Origin: an uncultured Clostridia bacterium
GTDB taxonomy: Bacteria > Bacillota > Clostridia > Oscillospirales > Ruminococcaceae
Length of the DNA stretch: 64,000 bases
Assembly: GCA_947627005.1 (NCBI GenBank)
Contig: CANQUJ010000007.1
Span: 21,797 to 85,796, forward strand
Direction: 5' to 3'
Positions 1-8,931 of this stretch are shown in pieces (the first letter of the stretch is position 1; each line of letters begins with the position of its first letter). The notes beneath the pieces were generated by a model. That model made no database searches. It worked only from the letters and a program-made list of their open reading frames with translations, and had not been told where the DNA came from. A program made the translations under genes and the position numbers.

Positions 1-438
1 GACGTTACCGTCCCCGAAGACAGAATTCACGTTCCCTTCTATGAAAACGCGCATATGCTTCAAAGATCGGATACCGAGCCCGCGGATATCGGCAGCTGGC
101 GCAATAAGAGCACCGGATTCCACTATTCGGACGGCTGGACCAAGGAATATTCGGACGATAACGAGCCCCTCGTCTTCGAGTTCGAGGGCAAGGGCGCCTA
201 TGTGGTATACCCCACCAAGGCCGAAGACTACGGCGTTCTCGTCGCAAACGTATACTTCGACGGCGAGCTTGTTGCGACCAAAGAGTTTGACGAACACCTT
301 GACGGCGGTTGGAGCTGCCCCTACGTCGGAAACCTTTACCGCTCTTTCAGCCCCGGAAAGTTCAGAATAGAATTTACCGCGAAAGAGCCGAACGTCAAGA
401 CGAGCCTCGAGGTTTTGGCGGTGGCCTATACCGACTGA
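1..438 (+). CDS. 3' end of a larger gene (5' end lies outside the window); function unknown, possibly an extracytoplasmic beta-sandwich tail
   Basis: Frame 1 is open from base 1, with no stop before the tracked ATG at 55. It ends at TGA 436-438. I recognise no catalytic motif. Confidence 0.5.
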   Translation, partial: DVTVPEDRIHVPFYENAHMLQRSDTEPADIGSWRNKSTGFHYSDGWTKEYSDDNEPLVFEFEGKGAYVVYPTKAEDYGVLVANVYFDGELVATKEFDEHLDGGWSCPYVGNLYRSFSPGKFRIEFTAKEPNVKTSLEVLAVAYTD

Positions 439-499
439 TCCGAGCGAAAAAATTAAGAAAAAATTAAGAATTTAATCCGAAAAATCCTGCCCCTCCCCC

Positions 500-529
500 T
501 TGACTTTTTTTCGCGGGGGGGGGTACAAT
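500..529 (+). promoter_or_regulatory. Sigma-70-like promoter, TTGACT (500-505) - 18 nt - TACAAT (524-529), with a G9 homopolymer (515-523) inside the spacer
   Basis: The hexamers were read directly. No plus-strand gene lies downstream before the terminator at 637-672. Confidence 0.4.
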
Positions 530-636
530 GATGACATAATAAAAATATTTTTGCCTTTTTTGCAACCTTTCGGCAGGTTTTGACGTCTATATTATTGAGA
601 GCGACGACCCGAAGAAGTGGTTTTTATATAAAAAAT

Positions 637-672
637 CCCGCATAGGCTTTTTGCCCGTGCGGGGTTTTGTTT
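637..672. terminator. Bidirectional intrinsic terminator
   Basis: The stem pairs cccgca (637-642) with tgcggg (658-663). An A-run lies upstream and TTTTGTTT downstream. It sits just after the stop of the minus-strand hydrolase gene. Confidence 0.6.
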
Positions 673-675
673 GCA

Positions 676-1647
676 TCAGTTTTGCCGCTCGATCTGCTGG
701 CCGGTTATAAGCGGATAGCTTACGAGCTCGGAGCCGTCTAAGTTCACCTTGTGCATATCGACGGCGGTTATGCGGCTGTTTTCGTATGTGGTGTAGTAGT
801 AGATACCGGCGTCGACGTTGCAGCATGAGGAGTAGATGGTGTATTCAAACTTGTGCCCGACCCGGCAGCAGCCCTTTTGTTGGGCGACCGAGCCCAAAAT
901 GTGGAAGAACTGGCTTATACTCTCCGACTCCGAATCGCCGCAGACCGAGTTTAGCTTGGTATAGGCGGCTTTGACGAATCGCGAGGCGCTCGAAAGGTCC
1001 CCGGGTATGCCTATGCCGCCCATTCCGCGGCTGTAAGGCTTAAGCTCGAAGCCTTCGGCAAAGCGGCTTACCGCCTCTTCTCGGGTGCAGTTCAAATAAT
1101 TCGCGAGGTTTAAAAGATGGTAGTCGAACGGCGGGTTGTTGGTCAACACGCCGACAGGGTCGTCGTATATTTTAAGCCCCTCTTTGACCGATTCGACGAC
1201 CAAAGACCCCTCTTTGTCCGAAATTATCCAATGGAGAGGAGAGGCCGGAAGCTCGGCGCTGAAGTCGATCTTCGCGAGGTTTATTTTTGAAAGAAGGGCC
1301 TTCGCCTCGGCTATTGTCGCGCATTGAGAAAGGATCCACGGGATAAATTCGAACGGCGCGATATTGTCCTTCCCCTCGGCTTCGGGCTTATAGTCGGCAA
1401 AGGTCGGGAAATTCAGCCCCGCCATAGAAAGCCCCTTTTCGTTGGTGCAGTCGTAGTACAGCGGGTATCCGCCGGCGACATAGGCCATTCCGATGAGCGC
1501 GAAATGGGATCTTATCTCGCCCGCCCTGCGGAATTTAAAGGGGAAGTTTCGCGGGGTAACGGTCACGGTCTCGTTGTAGGAAAATTCGAGATCAAGGTTC
1601 CGGCCGAAGTAGCAGTCGGCGGTTTTAAAAGATATTGCGGTGCACAT
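676..1647 (-). CDS. Choloylglycine hydrolase family Ntn hydrolase (bile salt hydrolase / penicillin V acylase type)
   Basis: 323 aa. The Met-Cys N-terminus (MCTAISF) supplies the Cys2 nucleophile. The FGRNLD motif and length are typical of the family. BSH versus PVA cannot be decided from sequence by eye. Confidence 0.85.
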   Translation of the reverse strand: MCTAISFKTADCYFGRNLDLEFSYNETVTVTPRNFPFKFRRAGEIRSHFALIGMAYVAGGYPLYYDCTNEKGLSMAGLNFPTFADYKPEAEGKDNIAPFEFIPWILSQCATIAEAKALLSKINLAKIDFSAELPASPLHWIISDKEGSLVVESVKEGLKIYDDPVGVLTNNPPFDYHLLNLANYLNCTREEAVSRFAEGFELKPYSRGMGGIGIPGDLSSASRFVKAAYTKLNSVCGDSESESISQFFHILGSVAQQKGCCRVGHKFEYTIYSSCCNVDAGIYYYTTYENSRITAVDMHKVNLDGSELVSYPLITGQQIERQN

Positions 1648-1660
1648 TGTATATTCCTCC

Positions 1661-2338
1661 TCAATAATATTCGTCGTTGGTAAGGTCGCCGTCGCCGAAA
1701 ACCGGTATCTTTTCGCCGAGATATTTCGGCTCGGGCTTTATAAGGGTGGTCGCAAAGTCTTTGCATCGGGCCAAAACCTCGCGGATATCCCGCTTAATCT
1801 GCCCCCGATAGCTTTCAAGGTCGGAATCCACCCCAACGGCCTCGATCCCGAGGCGTTTAGCGATATAAAGCGCGCGGTAGAGGTGGTATTTTTGGGTGAC
1901 GATAACGATCCTGCCCGCCCCGAAAATTTCTTTCGCGCGGTACACGGTCTCGTAGGTCGAAAATCCCGCGTGGTCCATAAATATGTCGTTCGACGGAACG
2001 CCGGCCTCGACCGCGAATTTTTTCATCGTTCCGACTTCGTTATAGTCCTTGCGGCCGTGGTCGCCGCTCATAATGATCTTCGGCGCCGCGCCGAGGTTAT
2101 AAAGCTCGATCCCGCGCAAAAGCCGATCGCGGAGCATATCGGAGGGCGCGCCGGTATCTTTGACCTTGCAGCCGAGGACGACAATGCAATCCGCGCCGAA
2201 ATCCCCGGCCTCGCTCGGCGAGACGATCATATCCGCGACGGAATTTTTTACGTGTGCGTTTATCCCGGCCGCCGCGAAAATCCCCGCCGCGGCGACCCCG
2301 GCGAGCGAAGCTGCGATAATTTTTAGAGATTTTTTCAT
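1661..2338 (-). CDS. SanA/YdcF-like DUF218 membrane-anchored protein
   Basis: 225 aa with an N-terminal TM/signal anchor. The DUF218-type core shows CIVVLGC, MSGDHG and VTQKYHLYRA. Confidence 0.75.
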   Translation of the reverse strand: MKKSLKIIAASLAGVAAAGIFAAAGINAHVKNSVADMIVSPSEAGDFGADCIVVLGCKVKDTGAPSDMLRDRLLRGIELYNLGAAPKIIMSGDHGRKDYNEVGTMKKFAVEAGVPSNDIFMDHAGFSTYETVYRAKEIFGAGRIVIVTQKYHLYRALYIAKRLGIEAVGVDSDLESYRGQIKRDIREVLARCKDFATTLIKPEPKYLGEKIPVFGDGDLTNDEYY

Positions 2339-2430
2339 TTGCGCCTCCGAAAGAATGTTTAAATTATTTTACCATGCCCCGCCCGGGGTGTCAATACACG
2401 GGAGATTAAGATTTTATTAAGAAAGAAGCT

Positions 2431-2458
2431 AAAAGCCGCCGGCTTTTAGTCGGCGGCC
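2431..2458 (-). terminator. Intrinsic terminator of thrS
   Basis: On the minus strand a gccgccg / cggcggc stem is followed by TTTT, 20 nt past the thrS stop. Confidence 0.7.
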
Positions 2459-2477
2459 TTGCATTATCTCTTATTCC

Positions 2478-4241
2478 TCAAACCCTATCCTTGATTTCCT
2501 GCGAGATCTTCGCGACGAAGTCGTCGAGCGGCATCGAGACCGTCTCGGTCGAGTCGAGCTTTCTTATCGAAACGGTGCCCTCTTCGGCCTCTTTCTGGCC
2601 GACGATGACCATATACGGCACCCTGTCGACGACCTGCGCCTCGCGGATCATATACCCGATCTTCTCGTTGCGATCGTCCAGCTCGGTTCTGACTTTCGCC
2701 GCGCGGAGCGCCTCATAGACCTTGTTGCCGTAGTCGGCGCATTTTTCCGAGACGAGCAGCACCTTTGCCTGAACAGGCGCGAGCCAAGTCGGGAACTTTC
2801 CGGCAAACTGCTCGATGAGGTTGCCGATGAATCTTTCGATCGAGCCGAAAACAACGCGGTGGATCATAATCGGGCGCTGTTTTTCGCCGTTTTGGTCGAT
2901 GTATTCAAGGTTGAAGTTAAGCGGCATCTGGAAGTCGAGCTGAATCGTTCCGCACTGCCACGACCTTCCGAGGCAGTCCTCGATGTGGAAGTCGATCTTC
3001 GGCCCGTAGAACGCGCCGTCGCCCTCGTTGATCGTATAGGGCAGGCCGAGCTGCTCGAGCGCGCGGATAAGCCCGTTGGTCGCGGCCTCCCAGTCTTCGT
3101 CCGAGCCCATCGAGTTTTCCGGCCTCGTCGAAAGCTCGATCGCGTATTTAAAGCCGAATTTTTTGTAGACCTCGTCGATGAGGTTCACAACGCCGATGAT
3201 CTCGTCGGTGATCTGGTCGCGGGTCATGAAGATGTGCGCGTCGTCTTGGGTGAAGCATCTTACGCGGAAGAGCCCGTGCAGAGTTCCCTTAAGCTCGTGG
3301 CGGTGGACAAGCCCGAGCTCGCCCATTCTGATGGGGAGATCGCGATAGCTGTGCGGCTGCGATTTATAGACCATAACCCCGCCGGGGCAGTTCATCGGCT
3401 TTACGCAATAGATTTCGTCGTCGATGACGGTGGAATACATATTGTCCTTGTAGTGGTCCCAGTGGCCCGAAGTCTCCCACAGGCGGCGGTTCATTATCAT
3501 CGGGGTCTGGACTTCGACGTAGTGGTCGCGGGTGTGGATTTCGCGCCAATAGTCTATAAGCGCGTTTTTGATAGCCATGCCCTTGGGCAGGAAGAACGGG
3601 AATCCCGGGGCCTCGTCGGCGAGCATAAATAGTCCCATTTCCTTGCCGATGCGGCGGTGGTCGCGCTTTTCGGCCTCTTCGAGCATCTTAAGGTAGTCTT
3701 CAAGCTCCTGCTGGGTCTTAAAGGCAGTGCCTTTGATTCTCGTGAGCATCTTGTTGTCTTTGTTGTTCTTCCAATATGCCCCCGAAACGGCGGTAAGCTT
3801 GAAGGCTTTAAGGCCCTTGGTATAGGTTATATGCGGGCCTACGCACATATCGACGTAGTCGCCCTGCTTATAAAAGCTGATGACCGCGTCGTCCGGAAGG
3901 TCGGAAATATGCTCGACCTTGTAAATTTCCCCGCGCTCCTTCATAAAGGCGACGGCCTCTTCCCTCGGAAGAATGAACGGCTTGATGGGAAGATTTTCCT
4001 TTGTTATCTTCTTCATCTCCGCCTCGATCTTCGCAAGGTCTTCCTCGCCGACCGTCTTGTCGCCAAGGTCTACGTCGTAGTAGAAGCCGGTTTCGTTGGC
4101 CGGGCCATAGGCGAACTTCGCCTCGGGCCAAAGCCTCGATATCGCCTGCGCCATAATGTGGGCGGCCGAATGGCGAAGAACGTGAAGCTCTTCTTCGGGG
4201 GCGCACTCGCCGACCGTTCCGTTTGAATAGATTACTTTCAT
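2478..4241 (-). CDS. thrS: Threonine--tRNA ligase, short form without an obvious N-terminal TGS domain
   Basis: 587 aa. It carries the editing-domain motif LRHSAAHIMAQA, class II core motifs (FRVRCFTQDDAHIF, GAFYGPKIDF) and a C-terminal anticodon-binding region. The SD AGGAGG lies 7 nt upstream. A T-box leader lies further upstream. Confidence 0.97.
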   Translation of the reverse strand: MKVIYSNGTVGECAPEEELHVLRHSAAHIMAQAISRLWPEAKFAYGPANETGFYYDVDLGDKTVGEEDLAKIEAEMKKITKENLPIKPFILPREEAVAFMKERGEIYKVEHISDLPDDAVISFYKQGDYVDMCVGPHITYTKGLKAFKLTAVSGAYWKNNKDNKMLTRIKGTAFKTQQELEDYLKMLEEAEKRDHRRIGKEMGLFMLADEAPGFPFFLPKGMAIKNALIDYWREIHTRDHYVEVQTPMIMNRRLWETSGHWDHYKDNMYSTVIDDEIYCVKPMNCPGGVMVYKSQPHSYRDLPIRMGELGLVHRHELKGTLHGLFRVRCFTQDDAHIFMTRDQITDEIIGVVNLIDEVYKKFGFKYAIELSTRPENSMGSDEDWEAATNGLIRALEQLGLPYTINEGDGAFYGPKIDFHIEDCLGRSWQCGTIQLDFQMPLNFNLEYIDQNGEKQRPIMIHRVVFGSIERFIGNLIEQFAGKFPTWLAPVQAKVLLVSEKCADYGNKVYEALRAAKVRTELDDRNEKIGYMIREAQVVDRVPYMVIVGQKEAEEGTVSIRKLDSTETVSMPLDDFVAKISQEIKDRV

Positions 4242-4266
4242 TGCGATTCCTCCTGTTTATACGGTA

Positions 4267-4551
4267 TTAAATTTTTCTCAAAACATACAGTGTTGTGACG
4301 TCGCCTATATCTATGCCCGCAAGCTCGGCCTGTCTGCCGAACTCATTGTCGGTCTTATCCCATTTGTGATAGTAGGACTTATCGCAGGCTTCGATTTCAA
4401 ATCCGCACTTTATAAACTTTTCTTTCCATGTTTCGCCCGGCTCGTCGTCATAGGGCTTCCACAGCGGCGGGTCCCACGAAGCATAGACCTAATCCCCGCA
4501 GATCATTTTTTCGGGCTCGCGGCTGAACAAGCCGAAAAACAAATCGTTCAT
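4267..4551 (-). pseudogene. 94-codon frame with its own SD, interrupted by an in-frame TAG at codon 21 (4489-4491); unknown product
   Basis: On the minus strand AAAGAGGAGG-N7-ATG (ATG at 4551-4549) starts MNDLFFGLFSREPEKMICGD. TAG follows, then 73 open codons (VYASWDPPLWKPYDDEPGETWKEKFIKCGFEIEACDKSYYHKWDK...LRKI) ending at TAA 4269-4267. The frame is absent from the ORF track because neither piece reaches 60 aa with a Met. Confidence 0.45.
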
Positions 4552-4576
4552 CGCGCGGCCTCCTCTTTGGCGGCGG

Positions 4577-4826
4577 GGAAACAAAAACGCCCCGCAAGCT
4601 TTTGGCTTACGGGGCGACAGAATCGCGGTTCCACCCGAATTTATAACTCGAAACCCTTAACGCGGGATACGGCGCTGATTGGGCGCACTCGGGAAACGGT
4701 GCCCCTTATATGCTTCAAGCAATGCGCATTTTCACCGGACGGCGCTCTCTTATAATTGCCGAAAGCGGGGATTCCCCTCATCGTTTTTGTTTCATAAAGA
4801 ATAACACCCCGCGCGGAAAAAGTCAA
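4577..4826 (-). promoter_or_regulatory. T-box leader (tRNA-sensing transcription attenuator) with its promoter
   Basis: All elements are read on the minus strand. The promoter is TTGACT (4826-4821) -17- TATTCT (4803-4798). Stem-I-like AGAGAG...GGTGAAA elements are present. The conserved T-box sequence ATTCGGGTGGAACCGCG lies at 4640-4624. The terminator hairpin at 4616-4588 is followed by TTTTTGTTT. A candidate Thr specifier ACC lies at 4700-4698 (inference). Confidence 0.8.
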
Positions 4827-5000
4827 GAGGCGCGGCGCTCTTTTTTGATTTTTGAAGATTTTCCCGCAAAAAAGTTCTTGACAGCCGAAAAAAACAGGTA
4901 TAAAATATATCTGTATATTGCATTATTATGCTTATATGATTCTACTCTTATACCTGCAGATAGATTCTGAAATTCAAACAAAAATACTGACGAAAGGAGA

Positions 5001-6569
5001 ATGTCGATGCCATCATTATTGGACATCATACTGCTTTTGGTCGCGGTCGCGGCAGCGGTTATATCCGGAATAGTCTTCTACAAGATCGGATATAACGACA
5101 GAAAGAAAAAAGCAGAAGCTCAGATCGGTTCGGCGGAGCAAGAGGCTGAAAGAATAGTCGAAGAAGCCAAAAAGAACGCCGATTCACTTAAAAAAGAAAA
5201 GCTCATCGAAACCAAGGACGAAATATATAAAGCCCGACAAGAGGCGGAGCGCGAAATAAAAGAGCGCCGCACCGAGGTTTCGAGGCAGGAGCGCAGGATT
5301 CAGCAGAAAGAGGAGGCTTTGGACAAAAAGCTCGACAGCTTGGACCACAAGAACGAGCTTGTTCAGCAAAAGCTTTCACAGGCCGACGAAAAGCTCGCCG
5401 AGGCCGAAAAGGTAAGGCTCGGCCAGATAGAGATGCTCGAAAGAATCTCTCAATTCACCGTCGACCAGGCGAAGGAATACCTTTTAAAACAGCTTGAGGA
5501 CGACCTCGTCCACGAAAAGGCCGTAAAGATCCTCAACTACGAGCAGCAGATCAAGGAAGAATGTGAGGCGAAGGCAAGGCAGCTTATATCTTTGGCGATC
5601 GCGAGATGCGCGGCGGACCAGGTCTCCGAGTCTGCGGTAAGCGTTGTTCCGCTGCCTAACGACGAAATGAAGGGCCGCATTATCGGCCGCGAGGGAAGAA
5701 ATATCCGCGCGCTCGAGCAGCTTACCGGAGTAGACCTTATCATCGACGACACGCCCGAAACCATAACCCTCTCATGCTTCGACCCGGTAAGAAGAGAAGT
5801 CGCGAGGATAGCGCTTGAAAAGCTTATTCAAGACGGCAGAATTCACCCGACGAGAATCGAAGAGATGGTAGATAAGGCGCGGCGCGAAGTCGAGCAGGTT
5901 ATTAAATCCGAGGGCGAACGCGCAATCCTTGAAACCAACGTTCACGGACTTAATCACGAGCTCGTTAAGCTTATCGGCCGGCTTCACTACCGCACAAGCT
6001 ATCGCCAGAACGTTTTGAACCACTCGATCGAGGTTGCGCACCTTGCGGGAATGATGGCCTCGGAACTTGGGGTCGACCCGACTTTGGCGCGCAGAGCCGG
6101 ACTTTTGCACGATATCGGCAAGGCGCTTTCGCACGAGATTGAGGGCTCGCACGTTCAGATCGGCGTTGACGTTTGCAAAAAATATAAGGAATCGCCCGAC
6201 ATTATTCACGCGATTGAAGCCCACCACGGCGACGTCGAGTGCCACAGCGTTATCGCGGCGCTTGTTCAGGCGGCGGACGCTATCTCGGCGGCAAGACCCG
6301 CCGCAAGAAGCGAAAACTTCGAGAATTACATTAAACGGCTTGAAAAACTTGAGGAAATTTGCTCGGGATTCGACGGAGTCGAAAAGTCGTTCGCAATTCA
6401 AGCGGGAAGAGAAGTCAGAATTTTGGTCATTCCCGAAAAGGTCAGCGACGAACAGATGGTTATAGTCGCGAGGGAAATTTCACAAAAGATTGAAGACGAA
6501 ATGGATTACCCCGGACAAATTAAAGTCAACCTTATTCGCGAGTCTCGCGCGGTTGATTATGCAAAATAG
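5001..6569 (+). CDS. rny: Ribonuclease Y
   Basis: 522 aa with an N-terminal TM, a Lys/Glu-rich coiled coil, a KH domain ([15 protein letters not shown]) and an HD domain ([14 protein letters not shown]). The ATG at 5007 has better SD spacing and may be the true start. Confidence 0.95.
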   Translation: MSMPSLLDIILLLVAVAAAVISGIVFYKIGYNDRKKKAEAQIGSAEQEAERIVEEAKKNADSLKKEKLIETKDEIYKARQEAEREIKERRTEVSRQERRIQQKEEALDKKLDSLDHKNELVQQKLSQADEKLAEAEKVRLGQIEMLERISQFTVDQAKEYLLKQLEDDLVHEKAVKILNYEQQIKEECEAKARQLISLAIARCAADQVSESAVSVVPLPNDEMKGRIIGREGRNIRALEQLTGVDLIIDDTPETITLSCFDPVRREVARIALEKLIQDGRIHPTRIEEMVDKARREVEQVIKSEGERAILETNVHGLNHELVKLIGRLHYRTSYRQNVLNHSIEVAHLAGMMASELGVDPTLARRAGLLHDIGKALSHEIEGSHVQIGVDVCKKYKESPDIIHAIEAHHGDVECHSVIAALVQAADAISAARPAARSENFENYIKRLEKLEEICSGFDGVEKSFAIQAGREVRILVIPEKVSDEQMVIVAREISQKIEDEMDYPGQIKVNLIRESRAVDYAK

Positions 6570-6572
6570 AAG

Positions 6573-6606
6573 AATCGGCGGCTCGGTTGAGTCGCCGAAT
6601 TGTTTA
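6573..6606 (+). terminator. Intrinsic terminator after rny
   Basis: The hairpin aatcggcggctc / gagtcgccgaatt is followed by GTTT. Confidence 0.55.
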
Positions 6607-6742
6607 ATATCAACAAAAAAGAAAAAATTCAAAAGTTTTTGAAACAATCTGCCGCGAATGTGACACTATTTCAACAGCGGGAAGCAAAGAAAGCAAAACG
6701 CCGCGAATTTCGCCCTAAATTCAAAATAAAATTGGAAAAGGG

Positions 6743-6771
6743 TTGACAATTCGGTTAATCGGTGTTATAAT
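6743..6771 (+). promoter_or_regulatory. Consensus sigma-70 promoter TTGACA-17-TATAAT with extended -10 TG
   Basis: Hexamers lie at 6743-6748 and 6766-6771. The promoter sits about 90 nt upstream of the surface-protein gene. Confidence 0.7.
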
Positions 6772-6863
6772 GCTCACGTCTTGGATTCCCGAGACAAACC
6801 AAAATTCCTATACCCGTATAGGGATTGAAAACCATATCCTATTTTCTAAGGAGGAAAAACATT

Positions 6864-8570
6864 ATGGCAAAGAAAATTTTGGCAGTCGTTTTGGCTGTCA
6901 TGATGGCCGTCTCTGCAATGGCTATCTCTGTCGCGGCTGATAACCCGACTATTCCGCTGTATAGGACTACCACTACCCATGACAGTACCTACGGCGTAGA
7001 ACTTACCATTCCTGTATTCACCCAGTACGGCTGGGGCACCCAGTACGACGGCATGGAGATCGAGCTTCCGGAAAACCTCGGCGGCGGTCTCGGTGGCGAA
7101 ATTTACAACTACTATGTTATTGTAAACGGCCAGAAGTTCAACCTTAAGCCCAGCTATCCTGTTGGCGTTGTTGATGCCGGCAAAGATACCGAAAAGAAAT
7201 ACGAACTCCCCGCCGGCGTAAATGCTGATGTCGCTGAAACCCACGACCCTAATTCTTGGGGCAACGATAAGGTCGAAACCTACAAGCAGTATATCTACTT
7301 CGGCGCTTTCGTACACGATTACTTCGTAGACACCGACGGCAATGAGCACTTCGCTACTGTTCCGCAGACCCAGACCTTCGGCGCTACCACTTCTATCAAG
7401 ATCGGTATCGAATTCAACGGCGGAACTTGGGATTCCACTTGGAAGCTCGGAAGCGGATTCACTTATAACAATAAGTACGGCCAGCCCGTAAGCCTTCAGG
7501 GCGCTGCTCCCGCTGATATCCTTTCCGCTATGTATCCCACCTGCAGCGCACAGTTCCTCACCTATGATCCCGAGAGCGCTGACGCCGACGATAACGGCTA
7601 TGTAAAAGTCAAGAACTCCGAGACCTATATGACTTACTGGAATCCTGTTAAGACCGGCGGTGAGAACCCCGACGTTTCTTCCACCAAGCAGGTATTCGCT
7701 TCCGGCGACCTCTCTGTTGTTGTCGGTCACGTAACTAACGGCATCTTCGACGGCGATGTTGACGTCGCTCACCCGCTCACTTGGGACCACAGCCTTGCCA
7801 ACAGAGCTATCATCCTCGGCGCAGAGGCCGACTATGCCGACCTCGTTGTAGAGCTTGACAAGCCCCTTAACGGTATTGCCACCTACACCCTTTACGCTCG
7901 TTCGAGAGACAACGGCGTATACCTCTGGAATTACAACGGCTACGACCTCTGGTGGAACTTCGAAGAGGGCAGAACTCTCGTTGACTCCGTTATGATCAAC
8001 GGTGAGCAGAACGAACTTAGATTCAAGGTTCCGCTCGATCTCCTCTACGACGCCGGCGGATACGGCAACTACAACGATGAATTCGTAATCTTCGAGACCA
8101 TCGGACTTTCCAACTCCACCTTCATGAACGATGACTACTTCACTGCTAAGACTGAGAGCGGCGAGGCTGCGTTCATCACTTGGAGCAAGTCCAAGGTTGA
8201 CCCTGTAACCGGCAAGTCTTGGATCAACTACAACGGCAAGCCTGTTAACTACGCTGCCGGCGGTACTGCATTCCCGAACGCGAAGCTTGCCAGCGGTTTG
8301 GACGATCCTAACTACGCTGCTGCTGTCTTCGCCGAGAAGATTTACCTCGAATTCCCGACCACCGAAGACTCCGAGCCCGCTAACGACGACGAGGTTAAGA
8401 CTCCTACCGAGCCCGCCGACGGCGCTAACGATCCCGACTCCGGCGACGATATGAGCGCCGGCGAGACTGACAATACTCCCGCCGAGAAGAACCCCGAGAC
8501 CGGTATCGCTCTCGCGATCGTTCCGATGCTTGTTGCCGCTGCTGCCGCAGTCGTCTCCAAGAAGCACTAA
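6864..8570 (+). CDS. Cell-wall-anchored surface protein with a sortase-type sorting signal (NPETG variant)
   Basis: The SD AAGGAGG lies 8 nt before the ATG at 6864, whereas the tracked start at 6825 has no SD. The signal peptide is MAKKILAVVLAVMMAVSAMAISVAA. An acidic Pro/Thr/Asp linker precedes NPETG (8490-8504), a hydrophobic stretch and a KKH tail. Confidence 0.8.
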   Translation: MAKKILAVVLAVMMAVSAMAISVAADNPTIPLYRTTTTHDSTYGVELTIPVFTQYGWGTQYDGMEIELPENLGGGLGGEIYNYYVIVNGQKFNLKPSYPVGVVDAGKDTEKKYELPAGVNADVAETHDPNSWGNDKVETYKQYIYFGAFVHDYFVDTDGNEHFATVPQTQTFGATTSIKIGIEFNGGTWDSTWKLGSGFTYNNKYGQPVSLQGAAPADILSAMYPTCSAQFLTYDPESADADDNGYVKVKNSETYMTYWNPVKTGGENPDVSSTKQVFASGDLSVVVGHVTNGIFDGDVDVAHPLTWDHSLANRAIILGAEADYADLVVELDKPLNGIATYTLYARSRDNGVYLWNYNGYDLWWNFEEGRTLVDSVMINGEQNELRFKVPLDLLYDAGGYGNYNDEFVIFETIGLSNSTFMNDDYFTAKTESGEAAFITWSKSKVDPVTGKSWINYNGKPVNYAAGGTAFPNAKLASGLDDPNYAAAVFAEKIYLEFPTTEDSEPANDDEVKTPTEPADGANDPDSGDDMSAGETDNTPAEKNPETGIALAIVPMLVAAAAAVVSKKH

Positions 8571-8613
8571 TTTCCTCCTATTAAAGAAGGATAAACCGTT
8601 AAGATAACGGATA

Positions 8614-8651
8614 AAAACCCCGCCGAATGCAGAGTCGGCGGGGGATTTTTT
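8614..8651 (+). terminator. Intrinsic terminator
   Basis: The stem ccccgccga (8618-8626) / tcggcgggg (8635-8643) is followed by a T-run. Confidence 0.8.
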
Positions 8652-8742
8652 CGGCTATTTTGCGCCCGGGGCGCGAGCGAACGCTATATATAGATTTTTT
8701 CCGCGGGTGAGATATTTTTTTGTGAAAATTGTGAGATTTCGC

Positions 8743-8771
8743 TTGACACAAGGCTTTCACTTTGGTATAAT
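8743..8771 (+). promoter_or_regulatory. Consensus sigma-70 promoter TTGACA-17-TATAAT heading the 20-kb ABC locus
   Basis: Hexamers lie at 8743-8748 and 8766-8771. A 5' UTR of about 155 nt precedes the ATG at 8932. Confidence 0.7.
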
Positions 8772-8931
8772 AGACACATCAAGAACCGCAAGCGGGAATT
8801 TAATAGCTATAAACCGAAGCAAATATCTTTTTCAGAGTTGAAGAAACTGTGAAAAATGTATTTGCTTAAAGTCGTTTTGCAGCATTAAAGGGCTAAATTG
8901 TGCAAAATGACCAAAATTTCCGGGAGGCAAC

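Noticed and set aside
4489-4491. TAG recoding (pyrrolysine or alternative genetic code)
   Set aside because: rny in the same window terminates at TAG. No pyl genes are seen, and the other genes end normally at TAA or TGA.
4366-4755. 129-aa plus-strand ORF
   Set aside because: It lies antisense to the T-box leader and the interrupted minus-strand frame. It has no SD and no recognisable motif.
6846-8567. 573-aa minus-strand ORF antisense to the surface-protein gene
   Set aside because: It is a shadow ORF with a low-complexity Gly/Val/Ser-rich product and no SD. The plus-strand frame has an SD, a signal peptide and a sorting signal.
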